Part shown: positions 1 through 8,986 of the stretch, piece by piece | How the letters are laid out: each line of letters opens with the position of its first letter | How positions within the stretch are numbered: the first letter of the stretch is position 1 | Virus record (IMG/VR): IMGVR_UViG_3300037560_000199 | Source of the DNA: an uncultured virus (IMG/VR IMGVR_UViG_3300037560_000199) | Lineage: Duplodnaviria > Heunggongvirae > Uroviricota > Caudoviricetes | Strand: one strand, 5' to 3' | DNA: 20,000 nucleotides | Notes under the pieces: model-generated | Told to the model about the DNA's origin: nothing | Database searches by the model: none | Seen by the model: only the letters and a program-made list of their open reading frames with translations | Translations under genes and position numbers: made by a program

Positions 1-1
1 T

Positions 2-328
2 GAGGATCTCACGGACCAGCCGAAGTTCTATGCTGACTACGACTACTTCAACTGGTTGATTGCACCCTCAGCGGATTTCGCTTATCCGTTCGAGGTCAAT
101 TATTGGGAGCTGCCTGCATTGTTGGATGGCGCAAACCAGACAAACTGGACAACAGACTTTGCCCCCAATGCTCTGTTGCATGCGTCACTTCTCCAGGCAA
201 CTCCTTTTTTGAACAACGATGAGCGCATCCCTGTGTGGCAAGGTATCTATGACAGGGACGTGATGATCCTCGAACAGCAGGATGTGCGGCGCATCATCGA
301 CAGACAAGTCACGAGGGAGAGTGTCTGA
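2..328 (+). CDS. Phage head-to-tail adaptor-like protein, C-terminal part (5' truncated by window edge)
   Basis: Frame is open from position 2 (EDLTDQPKFYADYDYFNWLIAP...), so the listed start at 56 is not the real start. The TNW..APNALLHASLLQATPFL.NDERIPVWQ segment resembles podovirus adaptor proteins. Stop overlaps the next ATG (TGATG, 326-330). Confidence 0.6.
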   Translation, partial: EDLTDQPKFYADYDYFNWLIAPSADFAYPFEVNYWELPALLDGANQTNWTTDFAPNALLHASLLQATPFLNNDERIPVWQGIYDRDVMILEQQDVRRIIDRQVTRESV

Positions 329-2361
329 TGGCATACGCAGAAGTTTTTGGTGGGCAGCTGATCTTCCCGTCGCAGACAAGTTACCTCGCGATCACGACTG
401 CTGTAGACGTCACGTTGCAATGGCCCATTGAGCAGCAGATTGCGGGTATCGATGTAGTCGCTGACTTCATGGATATCGACGCGACGGTGCCTGCGATCAA
501 CATCGACATGCCGGATGCACGGCAGTCAGGCACAGGTCAGAAAGTATTGTTCAACAACATTGGTGCCAACCTGTACACGGTGCGTGACGATGCAGGAGGC
601 ACGATCTCGACGGTCGCACCGGGTGAGCAGTTTGTGTTCACCCTCACGGACAATACGACAGCTGCAGGAACGTGGACTTTCTTTCAGATGGGCTCAGCGG
701 TCTCTACTGCTACAGCGGGTGCGTTGACTGGTGCAGGCATCAAAGCGATCTCCACCACGCTGAACCAGATGATCGAGTCCGATGTCGAGGCAGCGACTCC
801 GTTCACAGTGGTCGATGCGGATCGAGCGAAGTGTTTGATCTACACCATCGGCACAGGTACGTGCAACCTGCCCTCTCCAGCTGCAGTCGGTGACGACTGG
901 TTCTTCATGCTGAGAAACTCTGGAACGGGCACACTCAACATCGTGCCTCCTTCTGGAGTGATCGATGATTCTGCGAGTATCAACCTCGATCCCAACGACT
1001 CGTGTTTCATCTTCACGGACGGCACCGACTTCTTCACTGTTGGATTGAGCACAGGCTCTGTCATCGCGTTCGACTTCGTCTCGATTGCGATCCCAGGCTC
1101 AGGAGACTTCACACTCTCTGGTGCAAACCTCAACCGGATCTCGTATCGATTCACTGGGCTGCTTACTGGCGACCGCAAGATCGTCGTCCCTGGCACTACG
1201 CAGCAATACTGGGTGGACAACCAAACGACAGGTGCTTTCGCACTGACGGTTGGTACATCTGCACAAGTGGGTGAACCAGAGATTACTCAAGGACTCGCTG
1301 AGATCTTCTACTGCGATGGTGTCGATGTAGTCAATGCGGTGTCGGCAGTCGCGGTCTCGGTGCCTGTCACCATCGCTCAAGGTGGTACGAGTGCGACGAC
1401 TGTAGGTGGGGCTCAGACATCCCTGCAAGTGCCACCGACATCACGGGATATGATCGCAGGTGTGGCGATGAGCGGGGGAGGCGATCTGTCAGCGGATCGT
1501 ACCTTTGATTACGCTGGTGGGCTCGATGATCAGTCTGATGTCACACTCACTGCGCCAGTAACAGGTGGTGTCCTTTTCAAGAGCGCAGCGGATTGGCTCG
1601 ACACCGATGCGATCTTTATTGATCCAGCAGCTGAGGTTTCACTCAAATTTGCTGGGGCGCAGGTTGTTGAAACCATTGCGTTGGGCTTGTCCGTCGATAT
1701 TCAGGCTGACCAAGTCAACCTCATACGAGTTCTCAACTCCATCGGTGGTGTTCGGTTGTTGATTACGAACAGCACGGGTCTAGCGCAGATCACTCAGACG
1801 GATAACTTGGGCGCAGCTCAGGACGCTTGGATTCAGATGGCACGAGGTGGCTCAGTCACCTTGATTGATGCTGGGCTGAACGCACTGCGTACAACGACAC
1901 CGGGTGCTGGTGGAGTCACTGCAAACAATACGCTCACTGGTGGTGGCTTCGAGCGTGTTCTGACCACGAGCGATCTCGTCACAGGAATCACAGGTACATT
2001 CACGTCGCCTCTTACTGCTCTTAGTGGCAATACCAATTCGGTGATCACCCAAGCTCACCTTCTCGGTGGTTTGCCTGACATCGTGCAACTCATCATGGAA
2101 TGCACTACAGGCGAACACGGCTATTCCGTTGGTGATCAGGTGGTGCTGAACCCAACAGAAAATGCGTTAGACGAAGGAGCAGGAGTATCTCAGTGCTACA
2201 ACATGGTCGCTTACGACGGGACTAACATCTATTCGACAGTGGGTTTCGAGGCTGGAGGTGGGGCACTAGGAACCCAAGTACCTGACCGATCAAGCCCAGG
2301 AGTACCCGCGTTAGCCACACCTACGAGTTGGAGCTTCTTGGTTAAGGCGATTAGATTCTGA
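328..2361 (+). CDS. Tail fibre / tail-associated structural protein (677 aa)
   Basis: T/G/A/V/D-rich, beta-type composition; three similar N-terminal modules; a fibre-like VTIAQGGTSATT segment; lies between adaptor-like and nozzle-like genes; TGATG coupling at both ends. Confidence 0.6.
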   Translation: MAYAEVFGGQLIFPSQTSYLAITTAVDVTLQWPIEQQIAGIDVVADFMDIDATVPAINIDMPDARQSGTGQKVLFNNIGANLYTVRDDAGGTISTVAPGEQFVFTLTDNTTAAGTWTFFQMGSAVSTATAGALTGAGIKAISTTLNQMIESDVEAATPFTVVDADRAKCLIYTIGTGTCNLPSPAAVGDDWFFMLRNSGTGTLNIVPPSGVIDDSASINLDPNDSCFIFTDGTDFFTVGLSTGSVIAFDFVSIAIPGSGDFTLSGANLNRISYRFTGLLTGDRKIVVPGTTQQYWVDNQTTGAFALTVGTSAQVGEPEITQGLAEIFYCDGVDVVNAVSAVAVSVPVTIAQGGTSATTVGGAQTSLQVPPTSRDMIAGVAMSGGGDLSADRTFDYAGGLDDQSDVTLTAPVTGGVLFKSAADWLDTDAIFIDPAAEVSLKFAGAQVVETIALGLSVDIQADQVNLIRVLNSIGGVRLLITNSTGLAQITQTDNLGAAQDAWIQMARGGSVTLIDAGLNALRTTTPGAGGVTANNTLTGGGFERVLTTSDLVTGITGTFTSPLTALSGNTNSVITQAHLLGGLPDIVQLIMECTTGEHGYSVGDQVVLNPTENALDEGAGVSQCYNMVAYDGTNIYSTVGFEAGGGALGTQVPDRSSPGVPALATPTSWSFLVKAIRF

Positions 2362-3935
2362 TGGCTGAAGCACCTGTCCTACTCACATCGCAACCGGGCA
2401 TTAAGCGCGATGGCACGAAGTTCGAGGGCGACTTCTACGTCGATGGACGTTGGTGTCGCTTTCAGCGTGGCAAGCCGAGAAAGATGGGTGGCTACATGGA
2501 AGTCACCGACACGGTGCCGGAAGTTGCACGAGGCATGGACTCCTTCTCGTCCAATGGTGTGCAGTACATCCACATCGGACATCCTCTCAGCGTAGGTCAG
2601 TACCAAGTTGCTGACGGCACGCTCAATCTATTCACTGCTCGCACGCCTGCTGCGCTCGTGACGGATGTTAACAACCTGTGGCAGTTCGCTGTGTTTGCGG
2701 ACACTGCTGCCAGTGCAACGGGCAATCACTTGCTCATTGCACATGCTGCACCCAATTTAGCGAACATCGACAACTCCGTGGGGGGCAACATCTACATCGG
2801 CACCGTCACTGATACAGCCTTACTGAATGAGGTGGGGTTGAATACCGATCCTCTTGTTGGATGGAACACCGGGACGTTTGGACCCGTCAGCGGTGGTATC
2901 GTTGTCACGGGTCAGTGGCTGTTCACTTTCGGTAGTAGTGGGCTTATTAAGCAATCCCAGATCAATAATCTGTCCGACGTGCCGGTCGAGTTCAACCTGG
3001 GCACGCAGAAGATCGTCAGAGGTATTGCACTGCGTGGGCAAGGTCTTGGTGCAGCCGTGATCATGTGGTCGCTCGACTCGATCATTCGAGGTACAGCGAC
3101 GGGCACGGCTGCTGAACCCTTCTTCCAGTTCGACATCCTCTCGACGGACACTTCAATCCTGTCCTCACAGGGAGTGGTCGAGTACGACGGCATTTACTAT
3201 TGGCCTGGAGTTGACCGCTTCCTGCTGTTCAATGGTGTCGTGCGTGAGATGCAGAACAACATGAACCTCAACTTCTTCTTCGACAACATGAACTTCGCTG
3301 CGAGGCAGAAGGTGTTCGGATTCAAGGTGCCACGCTTCGGTGAGATCTGGTGGTGCTTCCCGAAAGGTTCAGCGACTGAGTGCAACCACGCTGTGATCTT
3401 CAACGTGCGAGAGGGAACGTGGTATGACACACCCCTGCCCGACTCTGACGACGTTGATCAGGGACGCACGGCAGGTATCTTTGCGAAGACATACCAGAAG
3501 CCCTTCATGGTGGACAACGAAGTCACGGCGAGAGGTCGCACGCTGTGGCAACACGAGGTCGCTGTGGACAAGGTCCGTGGCGTTGACATCGCTGCCATAC
3601 CCTCCTTCTTCGAGACGCATGAGCTGAACCTATTGGAAGCAGGGCAAGCGATGAAGGAGATTCGAGTCGCACGCATTGAGCCTGACTTCGTACAGTCAGG
3701 TCCCATGACGTTGACCGTGCGTGGACGGCAGAATGCGAAGGCACCGCAGACTGAGGTTACTCCTGCGTCCACCTTCGTTGAGACACCTACGGAAGGCACG
3801 GACGAGACCATCAAGCTGAAGGACGTCAAACGCTTGATGAGTTTCAAGTTCGAGTCGAACGTGGGTGGAGGTGACTACGAGTACGGCGACACCTACGCGC
3901 ACATCGAACCAGCAGATGGGAGGGTCGAGTCGTGA
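2361..3935 (+). CDS. Tail nozzle / head-stabilisation (P22 gp10- or tubular protein B-like) protein (524 aa)
   Basis: N-terminal PGIKRDGT...YVDGRWCRFQRGKPRKMGG and FGEIWWCFP...ECNHAVIFNVREGTWY motifs recall podovirus nozzle-type proteins. Size and synteny fit. Confidence 0.55.
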   Translation: MAEAPVLLTSQPGIKRDGTKFEGDFYVDGRWCRFQRGKPRKMGGYMEVTDTVPEVARGMDSFSSNGVQYIHIGHPLSVGQYQVADGTLNLFTARTPAALVTDVNNLWQFAVFADTAASATGNHLLIAHAAPNLANIDNSVGGNIYIGTVTDTALLNEVGLNTDPLVGWNTGTFGPVSGGIVVTGQWLFTFGSSGLIKQSQINNLSDVPVEFNLGTQKIVRGIALRGQGLGAAVIMWSLDSIIRGTATGTAAEPFFQFDILSTDTSILSSQGVVEYDGIYYWPGVDRFLLFNGVVREMQNNMNLNFFFDNMNFAARQKVFGFKVPRFGEIWWCFPKGSATECNHAVIFNVREGTWYDTPLPDSDDVDQGRTAGIFAKTYQKPFMVDNEVTARGRTLWQHEVAVDKVRGVDIAAIPSFFETHELNLLEAGQAMKEIRVARIEPDFVQSGPMTLTVRGRQNAKAPQTEVTPASTFVETPTEGTDETIKLKDVKRLMSFKFESNVGGGDYEYGDTYAHIEPADGRVES

Positions 3936-4174
3936 GTCACATCGATCCTCGTGGCTTTGGTGATGACGTGGTTGCGTGGGCAGATCGCATGGTGCTGTTG
4001 ATCGAGCGTGAGGTCGATAACATGCCGCGCCTTGAAGACCCAGAGAAGTGGCGCGAATGGGCGGAAGCGTTGTGGGGAACACCCGATACAGCGGGACAAG
4101 ATGCACCTCGACCAGATGCATTCGACACATGGCAAGAATGGGCTGAACGTCTGTTCCTAACACAGGAATTCTAA
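3932..4174 (+). CDS. Small acidic Trp-rich virion-module protein (80 aa)
   Basis: GTG start overlaps the upstream stop (GTGA), with GGAGGG upstream. Internal repeat KWREWAEAL / TWQEWAERL. Fills the gap in a tightly packed operon. Confidence 0.75.
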   Translation: MSHIDPRGFGDDVVAWADRMVLLIEREVDNMPRLEDPEKWREWAEALWGTPDTAGQDAPRPDAFDTWQEWAERLFLTQEF

Positions 4175-4176
4175 CG

Positions 4177-5925
4177 ATGCCGCAGGGTGGATTAGCACAG
4201 ATGCTTGAGCAGGCTGGTGGCGAACCTGATGTCGTCAAGGCTGCTCAAAAGATCGAGGGGGTGAAGGGAGGAACGGAGACACTCTTCACCGTGGCTGCTC
4301 AAGCAGCCTTGGATCTTGCGGGGGATAAGGAGACTACGAACAAGGGGCTTCGCCTCTACTGCCTTGGTGGAGAGGTCAAAGCCGCGAAAGGTGGATCGAC
4401 ACGAGCTGCGGCAGAGCGCACTCGTCAGGCAGGTCGTGGTGACGATGACATCCTCATGCATGTGACTCCAGATGAAGCGAAGATTCTCGAAGGGATGTGG
4501 GGCAAGCCTCAGACCAATCCCAACACGGGCATGCCTGAGTATGGGTTCTTCAAAAAAGCGTGGAAGAAAATCAAGTCAGGTGTGAAGAAGGTGGTCGCAT
4601 CCAAAGCCTTCGGGACCATCGCGCCTATCGCATTAGCCATGATCCCTGGTATCGGTCCAGCTCTCGGTATCGCACTGCAGGCTGGACTGGGTGCTATGAC
4701 TGCTCAGGCTCGTGGAGAGAAACCCCTGATGGGAGCCATCTCGGGAGCTGCCGCTGGAGCAGGGAGTGCGATTGGAAAAGCTGCAAGCACTGCAGCCAAA
4801 GCAGGGACTCTGACCCTGAAGCAGAAGATTGGAGCGGGTGTAGGGAAGGCTCTCGCAAAAGGTGTCTCGTCTGCAGCTCAAGCTGGAGATGTGCGAGCCT
4901 TCGCCCCTGGCGTAGTTGGGTCAGGTATCTCGCAAGGTTTGTCAGGAGGTTTGGGAGCAGTCACACAAGCGTTCGCACCTGCGGCTGCTACGGCAGGTCA
5001 GCCAGGAGTGCCTGCCCCCGCTGGGACTAGTAATCTTGCACAATTGTCTCAGGTGGGTCAGGCGGCATACACGGGTGCCCCCGCTGCTGCTACGGGTCCC
5101 ATGCAATTCCTGCCTGGGGGTCCGCTCGCTTCCCCTGGACCGATGACACCAAAGTGGAAGGAGCTGCTTAAGAAGTACGGTCCAGCGGCTGGACTGGGTG
5201 CCATGGCACTGATGGGAGGGATGGGTGGTGAGGAGGATGAAGAGAGACCTCCCACAGGTGCAAGACCGGGGTTCGATGAGTCGCTGCCGCTCTACTCCAT
5301 GAACCGAAAGTTCCGTGGACTGCCATCAGCCGAAGACTACTTCACCTACGGGCAGGCAGGGTCCCCCTACTCAGGGCAGCAGCTCTTCTTGGAGCCTGAT
5401 CCCTTCCCCCTCACAGACGAAGCAGGAGAGCCTGTGGGAGGTCCTGGGGGACTTGGTGCGATGGGACAGCAGACAGAGGAACAGATGCGTGCGCAGCTGT
5501 ACGGTCCCCAGCAGCAGAGCTTCCAACGTGGAGGCGAGTTCGACTACTGGGAGCAGAACGAGGACGTCACCAACACGGTCCCCACAGCAAGCGCTGAGGG
5601 ACGCTACGTGAAGGGTCCTGGCACCGGACGGTCGGATGACATCGAGGCGAGACTCTCGGATGGCGAGTACGTGATGGACGCTGAGACGGTCGCTCTCCTG
5701 GGTGATGGCTCCAGCGATGAGGGTGCCAGACGTCTCGATGCGATGCGCTCGAACCTGCGCAAGCACAAGGCGAAGAAACTCAGCAAAGGTGAGTTCAGCC
5801 ATAAGGCTAGGGAGCCTGCCAAGTACATGAACAAGGTCCACGGTGGGAGCGTCAAGATGAAGCGCAAGCGCTATGAACATGGTGGCGTGCACAATGTGCC
5901 ACGAGCCACGGGAGGGAGAGCGTAA
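4177..5925 (+). CDS. Putative ejection/pilot protein (582 aa) with membrane-interacting segment and tape-measure-like GPGTGxSD domain
   Basis: GRGDDDILMHVTPDEA...NPNTGMPEY motif; basic amphipathic plus hydrophobic G/A-rich segment; C-terminal GPGTGRSDDIEARLSDGEYV motif; position directly after tail genes. Confidence 0.55.
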   Translation: MPQGGLAQMLEQAGGEPDVVKAAQKIEGVKGGTETLFTVAAQAALDLAGDKETTNKGLRLYCLGGEVKAAKGGSTRAAAERTRQAGRGDDDILMHVTPDEAKILEGMWGKPQTNPNTGMPEYGFFKKAWKKIKSGVKKVVASKAFGTIAPIALAMIPGIGPALGIALQAGLGAMTAQARGEKPLMGAISGAAAGAGSAIGKAASTAAKAGTLTLKQKIGAGVGKALAKGVSSAAQAGDVRAFAPGVVGSGISQGLSGGLGAVTQAFAPAAATAGQPGVPAPAGTSNLAQLSQVGQAAYTGAPAAATGPMQFLPGGPLASPGPMTPKWKELLKKYGPAAGLGAMALMGGMGGEEDEERPPTGARPGFDESLPLYSMNRKFRGLPSAEDYFTYGQAGSPYSGQQLFLEPDPFPLTDEAGEPVGGPGGLGAMGQQTEEQMRAQLYGPQQQSFQRGGEFDYWEQNEDVTNTVPTASAEGRYVKGPGTGRSDDIEARLSDGEYVMDAETVALLGDGSSDEGARRLDAMRSNLRKHKAKKLSKGEFSHKAREPAKYMNKVHGGSVKMKRKRYEHGGVHNVPRATGGRA

Positions 5926-6965
5926 TGGCTAATGGCGACGACTCACCGTTTGGTTTCCTAGACTTCCTGTTCCAAGGTAAGCCTCCGAAGTCAGTCACCA
6001 CCTACGGCGAGACGATCAAGGATATCCCCAAGTGGATGTCCGACTACACGCAGGGTGTGATCGCGAAAGCCAACGCTGCGGCAGCTGAGCCCTACATCCC
6101 CTACGGTGGTCCGCGCATTGCAGGTTTCCAACCAGAGCAGGAGGCTGGCTTCGCAGCTGCAGAGCAGGCAGCGGGTGCCTACCAACCCTACTTGGAGGGT
6201 GCAGCTGGAGCCACCGTTGGTGCGCTAGGGGAGGCTGGTCGGAGCTTCATCGATGAGGGCAACGTCGAGCAGTACATGAACCCGTACATCCAGAACGTGC
6301 TCGACCGGCAGGAGTCGCTCGCTGGTCGCACGTTGACGGAGAATTTTCTCCCGGCTCTCCAACAAACCTTCGGAGGGGCGGGACAGTATGGCTCCCGTGG
6401 TGGTGTCGGCTCAATGGAGACGGCAGGCATTCGAGGTGTGCGCGACATCCAAGAGAACTTGGAAGAGCAACGGCTCGCGACACTTGGTGGAGCCTACGGT
6501 CAGGCAGCTGACATCTTCGGCCAGGACGTTGGACGAGCTGCTGAGTACGGACTTCGAGGAGGTCAGCAACTGGGTGCATTAGGTGAAGCAGCTCAAGGGT
6601 TGGGCTTGCGTGGAGCAGGTGCACTCGAAGGGATTGGTGCGACACGACAGCAGCAGGAACAGCGTGGTCTTGATCTCGCGTATCAGGATTTCCAAGAGCA
6701 ACGCGATCTGCCCTTCGACCGACTCAGTTTCATGTCCGACATCGTTCGTGGTCTGCCGATGGGTGGACGGGAGACGACTACAGAACGTGGTCCCGCATCC
6801 ATCTACCAACCCTCACCCCTCTCGCAGGTCATTGGTGGTGCTGGTGTCTACAAAGCACTAACGGAAGCACGAGGGGGACGTGTTCGACGTGTTCGACGTT
6901 ACGCGAAGGGAGGACTCGCTCGCGTTCGGGACATGATGAGCCCCACTGAGATGAGTTATGCCTAA
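5925..6965 (+). CDS. Putative ejection / DNA-transfer protein (346 aa)
   Basis: Q/G/A-rich helical protein with PYIPYGGPRIAGF and YMNPYIQNVLD motifs of a type seen in podovirus internal virion proteins. TAATG coupling with the upstream gene. Confidence 0.55.
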   Translation: MANGDDSPFGFLDFLFQGKPPKSVTTYGETIKDIPKWMSDYTQGVIAKANAAAAEPYIPYGGPRIAGFQPEQEAGFAAAEQAAGAYQPYLEGAAGATVGALGEAGRSFIDEGNVEQYMNPYIQNVLDRQESLAGRTLTENFLPALQQTFGGAGQYGSRGGVGSMETAGIRGVRDIQENLEEQRLATLGGAYGQAADIFGQDVGRAAEYGLRGGQQLGALGEAAQGLGLRGAGALEGIGATRQQQEQRGLDLAYQDFQEQRDLPFDRLSFMSDIVRGLPMGGRETTTERGPASIYQPSPLSQVIGGAGVYKALTEARGGRVRRVRRYAKGGLARVRDMMSPTEMSYA

Positions 6966-8982
6966 GCTAAAACCACGACCAGAGACGATACGTGGACCTG
7001 ATGGAAGTCCAATAGGATTCGTGCCCACGGATGGTTCGTTCGTGCCCGTCGAAGGGTTTTTCGACCGTACGGGGAGTCAGATCAGCCAGATAGACGCAGA
7101 GAGAATACGTCAGCTGACAGCGGGTGCGGAATGGGGTGAGGGAAGAAGCGACCGCATGCTGGCGATGATAAGGGAGATGAGGAAAGGCGAGGGTACTTCA
7201 GGTGCCCAGCAGCGTCGGCAGGAGATGCAGGAGATGCTGGGCGATCCTCTATCAGGTCGTGATGCGATTCGCCTATCGGAAGATCCTAATGAGATCGAAC
7301 TGCTCATGGAGGGGAGCAACGTCTCCGAAGAGGATGCTGCGTTAGGCAAGGCGAAGCTCGCAGCGATAGAAGAATACGGAACCGGGAAGGGCAGGGTCGA
7401 AGAGTACGCTGACGGTTCTCAGGAGTGGGTGCCTGAAGGTATGGCGATAACGGGTAGGGCTCCGTTCATGATCCGCGAAGGTCCAACGACGAGAGAAGAA
7501 GAAGCACCACGTGGACGACCGGGCATGTCATCAGCAAGTGTAATGAAGTTTCTGCGTGATGAGTCAGGGCAACTCCAATCCTCTGCCCGTATTGATAAGA
7601 ATAGACAGCGACTAATTCGAGAGGCGCAGGGGTATCAGGAAGGTGGACTCGCCGCAGTGACGGGAGTAGGTGAGCCCAAGATGGCAGAGGATGATGATCA
7701 GCCACTGGTGCCGAAGCCAGGGAATCTCATCTCAAGAACGCTTTCAAGGATACGCAAAGCATTTGGTTTTGCAGAGGGTGGACTCGTGCGTTATGCAAAT
7801 GGTGGACGTGTAGGTTTTCCAAACGGTGGTCTCGCTACCGCAGTGGGTTTTGGTGACGACGAGGTTGAGGAAGATCCACCCTCTCTTGTCCAAGAGGCAC
7901 TGGCAGGACGTGCGGAACGCATCCAACTGAACAAGGAGAAAACACTACGTCGTTTGTCGTCTGCACGTGATGCCATCCTCTCACAGGAACGTGACAAGAG
8001 TTCAAAGTGGCTTGCTCTTGCACAAGGCATGTTGGCACCGACGAGGACGGGAGGCTTTGGTGAGTCTCTGGGCACCACAGCAGGGTTGTTAGGTCAGGAA
8101 AGGAAAGAATCACAAGAGTTCGAGTTGGATCGATCAGAGCGATTGCGTGAGATTGAAGCGGACATGGCTGACGCGGAGTCCGTAGCTATTAAACAAGAAC
8201 AGGCAGAAGCAAAGGCAGCAGGTCCGCTTGGAGGTCGTGCTCTTCACGGAGCAATTCAAACCGTCGTGCACCCAGAGGATACGGAGAAGGATGTTGAAGA
8301 CCAGCGTCTGATCCTGGCAGCTGCGCGGAAAGATGGCAGCATCATACATCTGAAAGATCCAGACACCGGTGACTACCTCTTCGATGCCGACCGACAAGAC
8401 CCTGCTCGCCAAGCTGCAATTAGACGAGCGATTTTGGAAGCAGAAGGGGAAGAGGGTCGTGCGCAAGAGGACATCTCCAATGCCATCGTAGCTATGCAAG
8501 GCCGACGAGATGTTGCGCGGGGGATGGAGATCCTAGCCACGGGAGATCCCACGACCACCAGTGGATGGCAAGCAATGAAGACATCCTTCGCTGAATGGGT
8601 GGGCTTCGAGCTAGAGGACACAGTCTCGCTCGCAGAGCTGCAGACTATTGTGGGTCAGGACTACATCAGAACGATGGAGGCATTCACTGGACCGAAGTCT
8701 GACCGTGATGTGTCAGAGGCGAAAGCTCTGTCGTCAGGTATCCAACGTAACACCACATTGAACTGGAGACGTCTGCAACGTCTTTCAGGAATTCTTGATC
8801 GAGTGTATTCGGCAGGTGTGAGAGCAGCGCACGGTCGTGATGATCGAGACGCAATGTTTCGCTTGGAGTTCGATCCCGACCTTCCCCTCGTCACGACGAA
8901 AGAGGAGCGCGATGAGCTGCCACCGGGGCAGGCATACTATCGAACCGTAGGTGGGCAGAAGTACATGAAAGGCGAGGACTAG
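6958..8982 (+). CDS. Putative ejection / internal virion protein (674 aa)
   Basis: Long helical, coiled-coil-like ORF with WLALAQGMLAPTRTGGFGESLG and a C-terminal LPPGQAYY..GGQKY motif. Overlaps the upstream stop by 8 nt. Confidence 0.5.
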   Translation: MPKLKPRPETIRGPDGSPIGFVPTDGSFVPVEGFFDRTGSQISQIDAERIRQLTAGAEWGEGRSDRMLAMIREMRKGEGTSGAQQRRQEMQEMLGDPLSGRDAIRLSEDPNEIELLMEGSNVSEEDAALGKAKLAAIEEYGTGKGRVEEYADGSQEWVPEGMAITGRAPFMIREGPTTREEEAPRGRPGMSSASVMKFLRDESGQLQSSARIDKNRQRLIREAQGYQEGGLAAVTGVGEPKMAEDDDQPLVPKPGNLISRTLSRIRKAFGFAEGGLVRYANGGRVGFPNGGLATAVGFGDDEVEEDPPSLVQEALAGRAERIQLNKEKTLRRLSSARDAILSQERDKSSKWLALAQGMLAPTRTGGFGESLGTTAGLLGQERKESQEFELDRSERLREIEADMADAESVAIKQEQAEAKAAGPLGGRALHGAIQTVVHPEDTEKDVEDQRLILAAARKDGSIIHLKDPDTGDYLFDADRQDPARQAAIRRAILEAEGEEGRAQEDISNAIVAMQGRRDVARGMEILATGDPTTTSGWQAMKTSFAEWVGFELEDTVSLAELQTIVGQDYIRTMEAFTGPKSDRDVSEAKALSSGIQRNTTLNWRRLQRLSGILDRVYSAGVRAAHGRDDRDAMFRLEFDPDLPLVTTKEERDELPPGQAYYRTVGGQKYMKGED

Positions 8983-8986
8983 TCCC

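Noticed and set aside
2000..2361. Tail protein C-terminus as a diversity-generating retroelement target
   Set aside because: No reverse transcriptase and no template/variable repeat pair were seen in the window.
3696..5892. Long - strand ORFs (3696..4238, 5371..5892) and similar alternative-frame ORFs
   Set aside because: They lie wholly opposite well-supported, translationally coupled genes and have no recognisable motifs; such shadow ORFs are expected in GC-rich coding DNA.
6877..6900. 9-bp tandem repeat GACGTGTTC (about 2.5 copies)
   Set aside because: An in-frame micro-duplication encoding RVRRVRR; too short to indicate phase variation.
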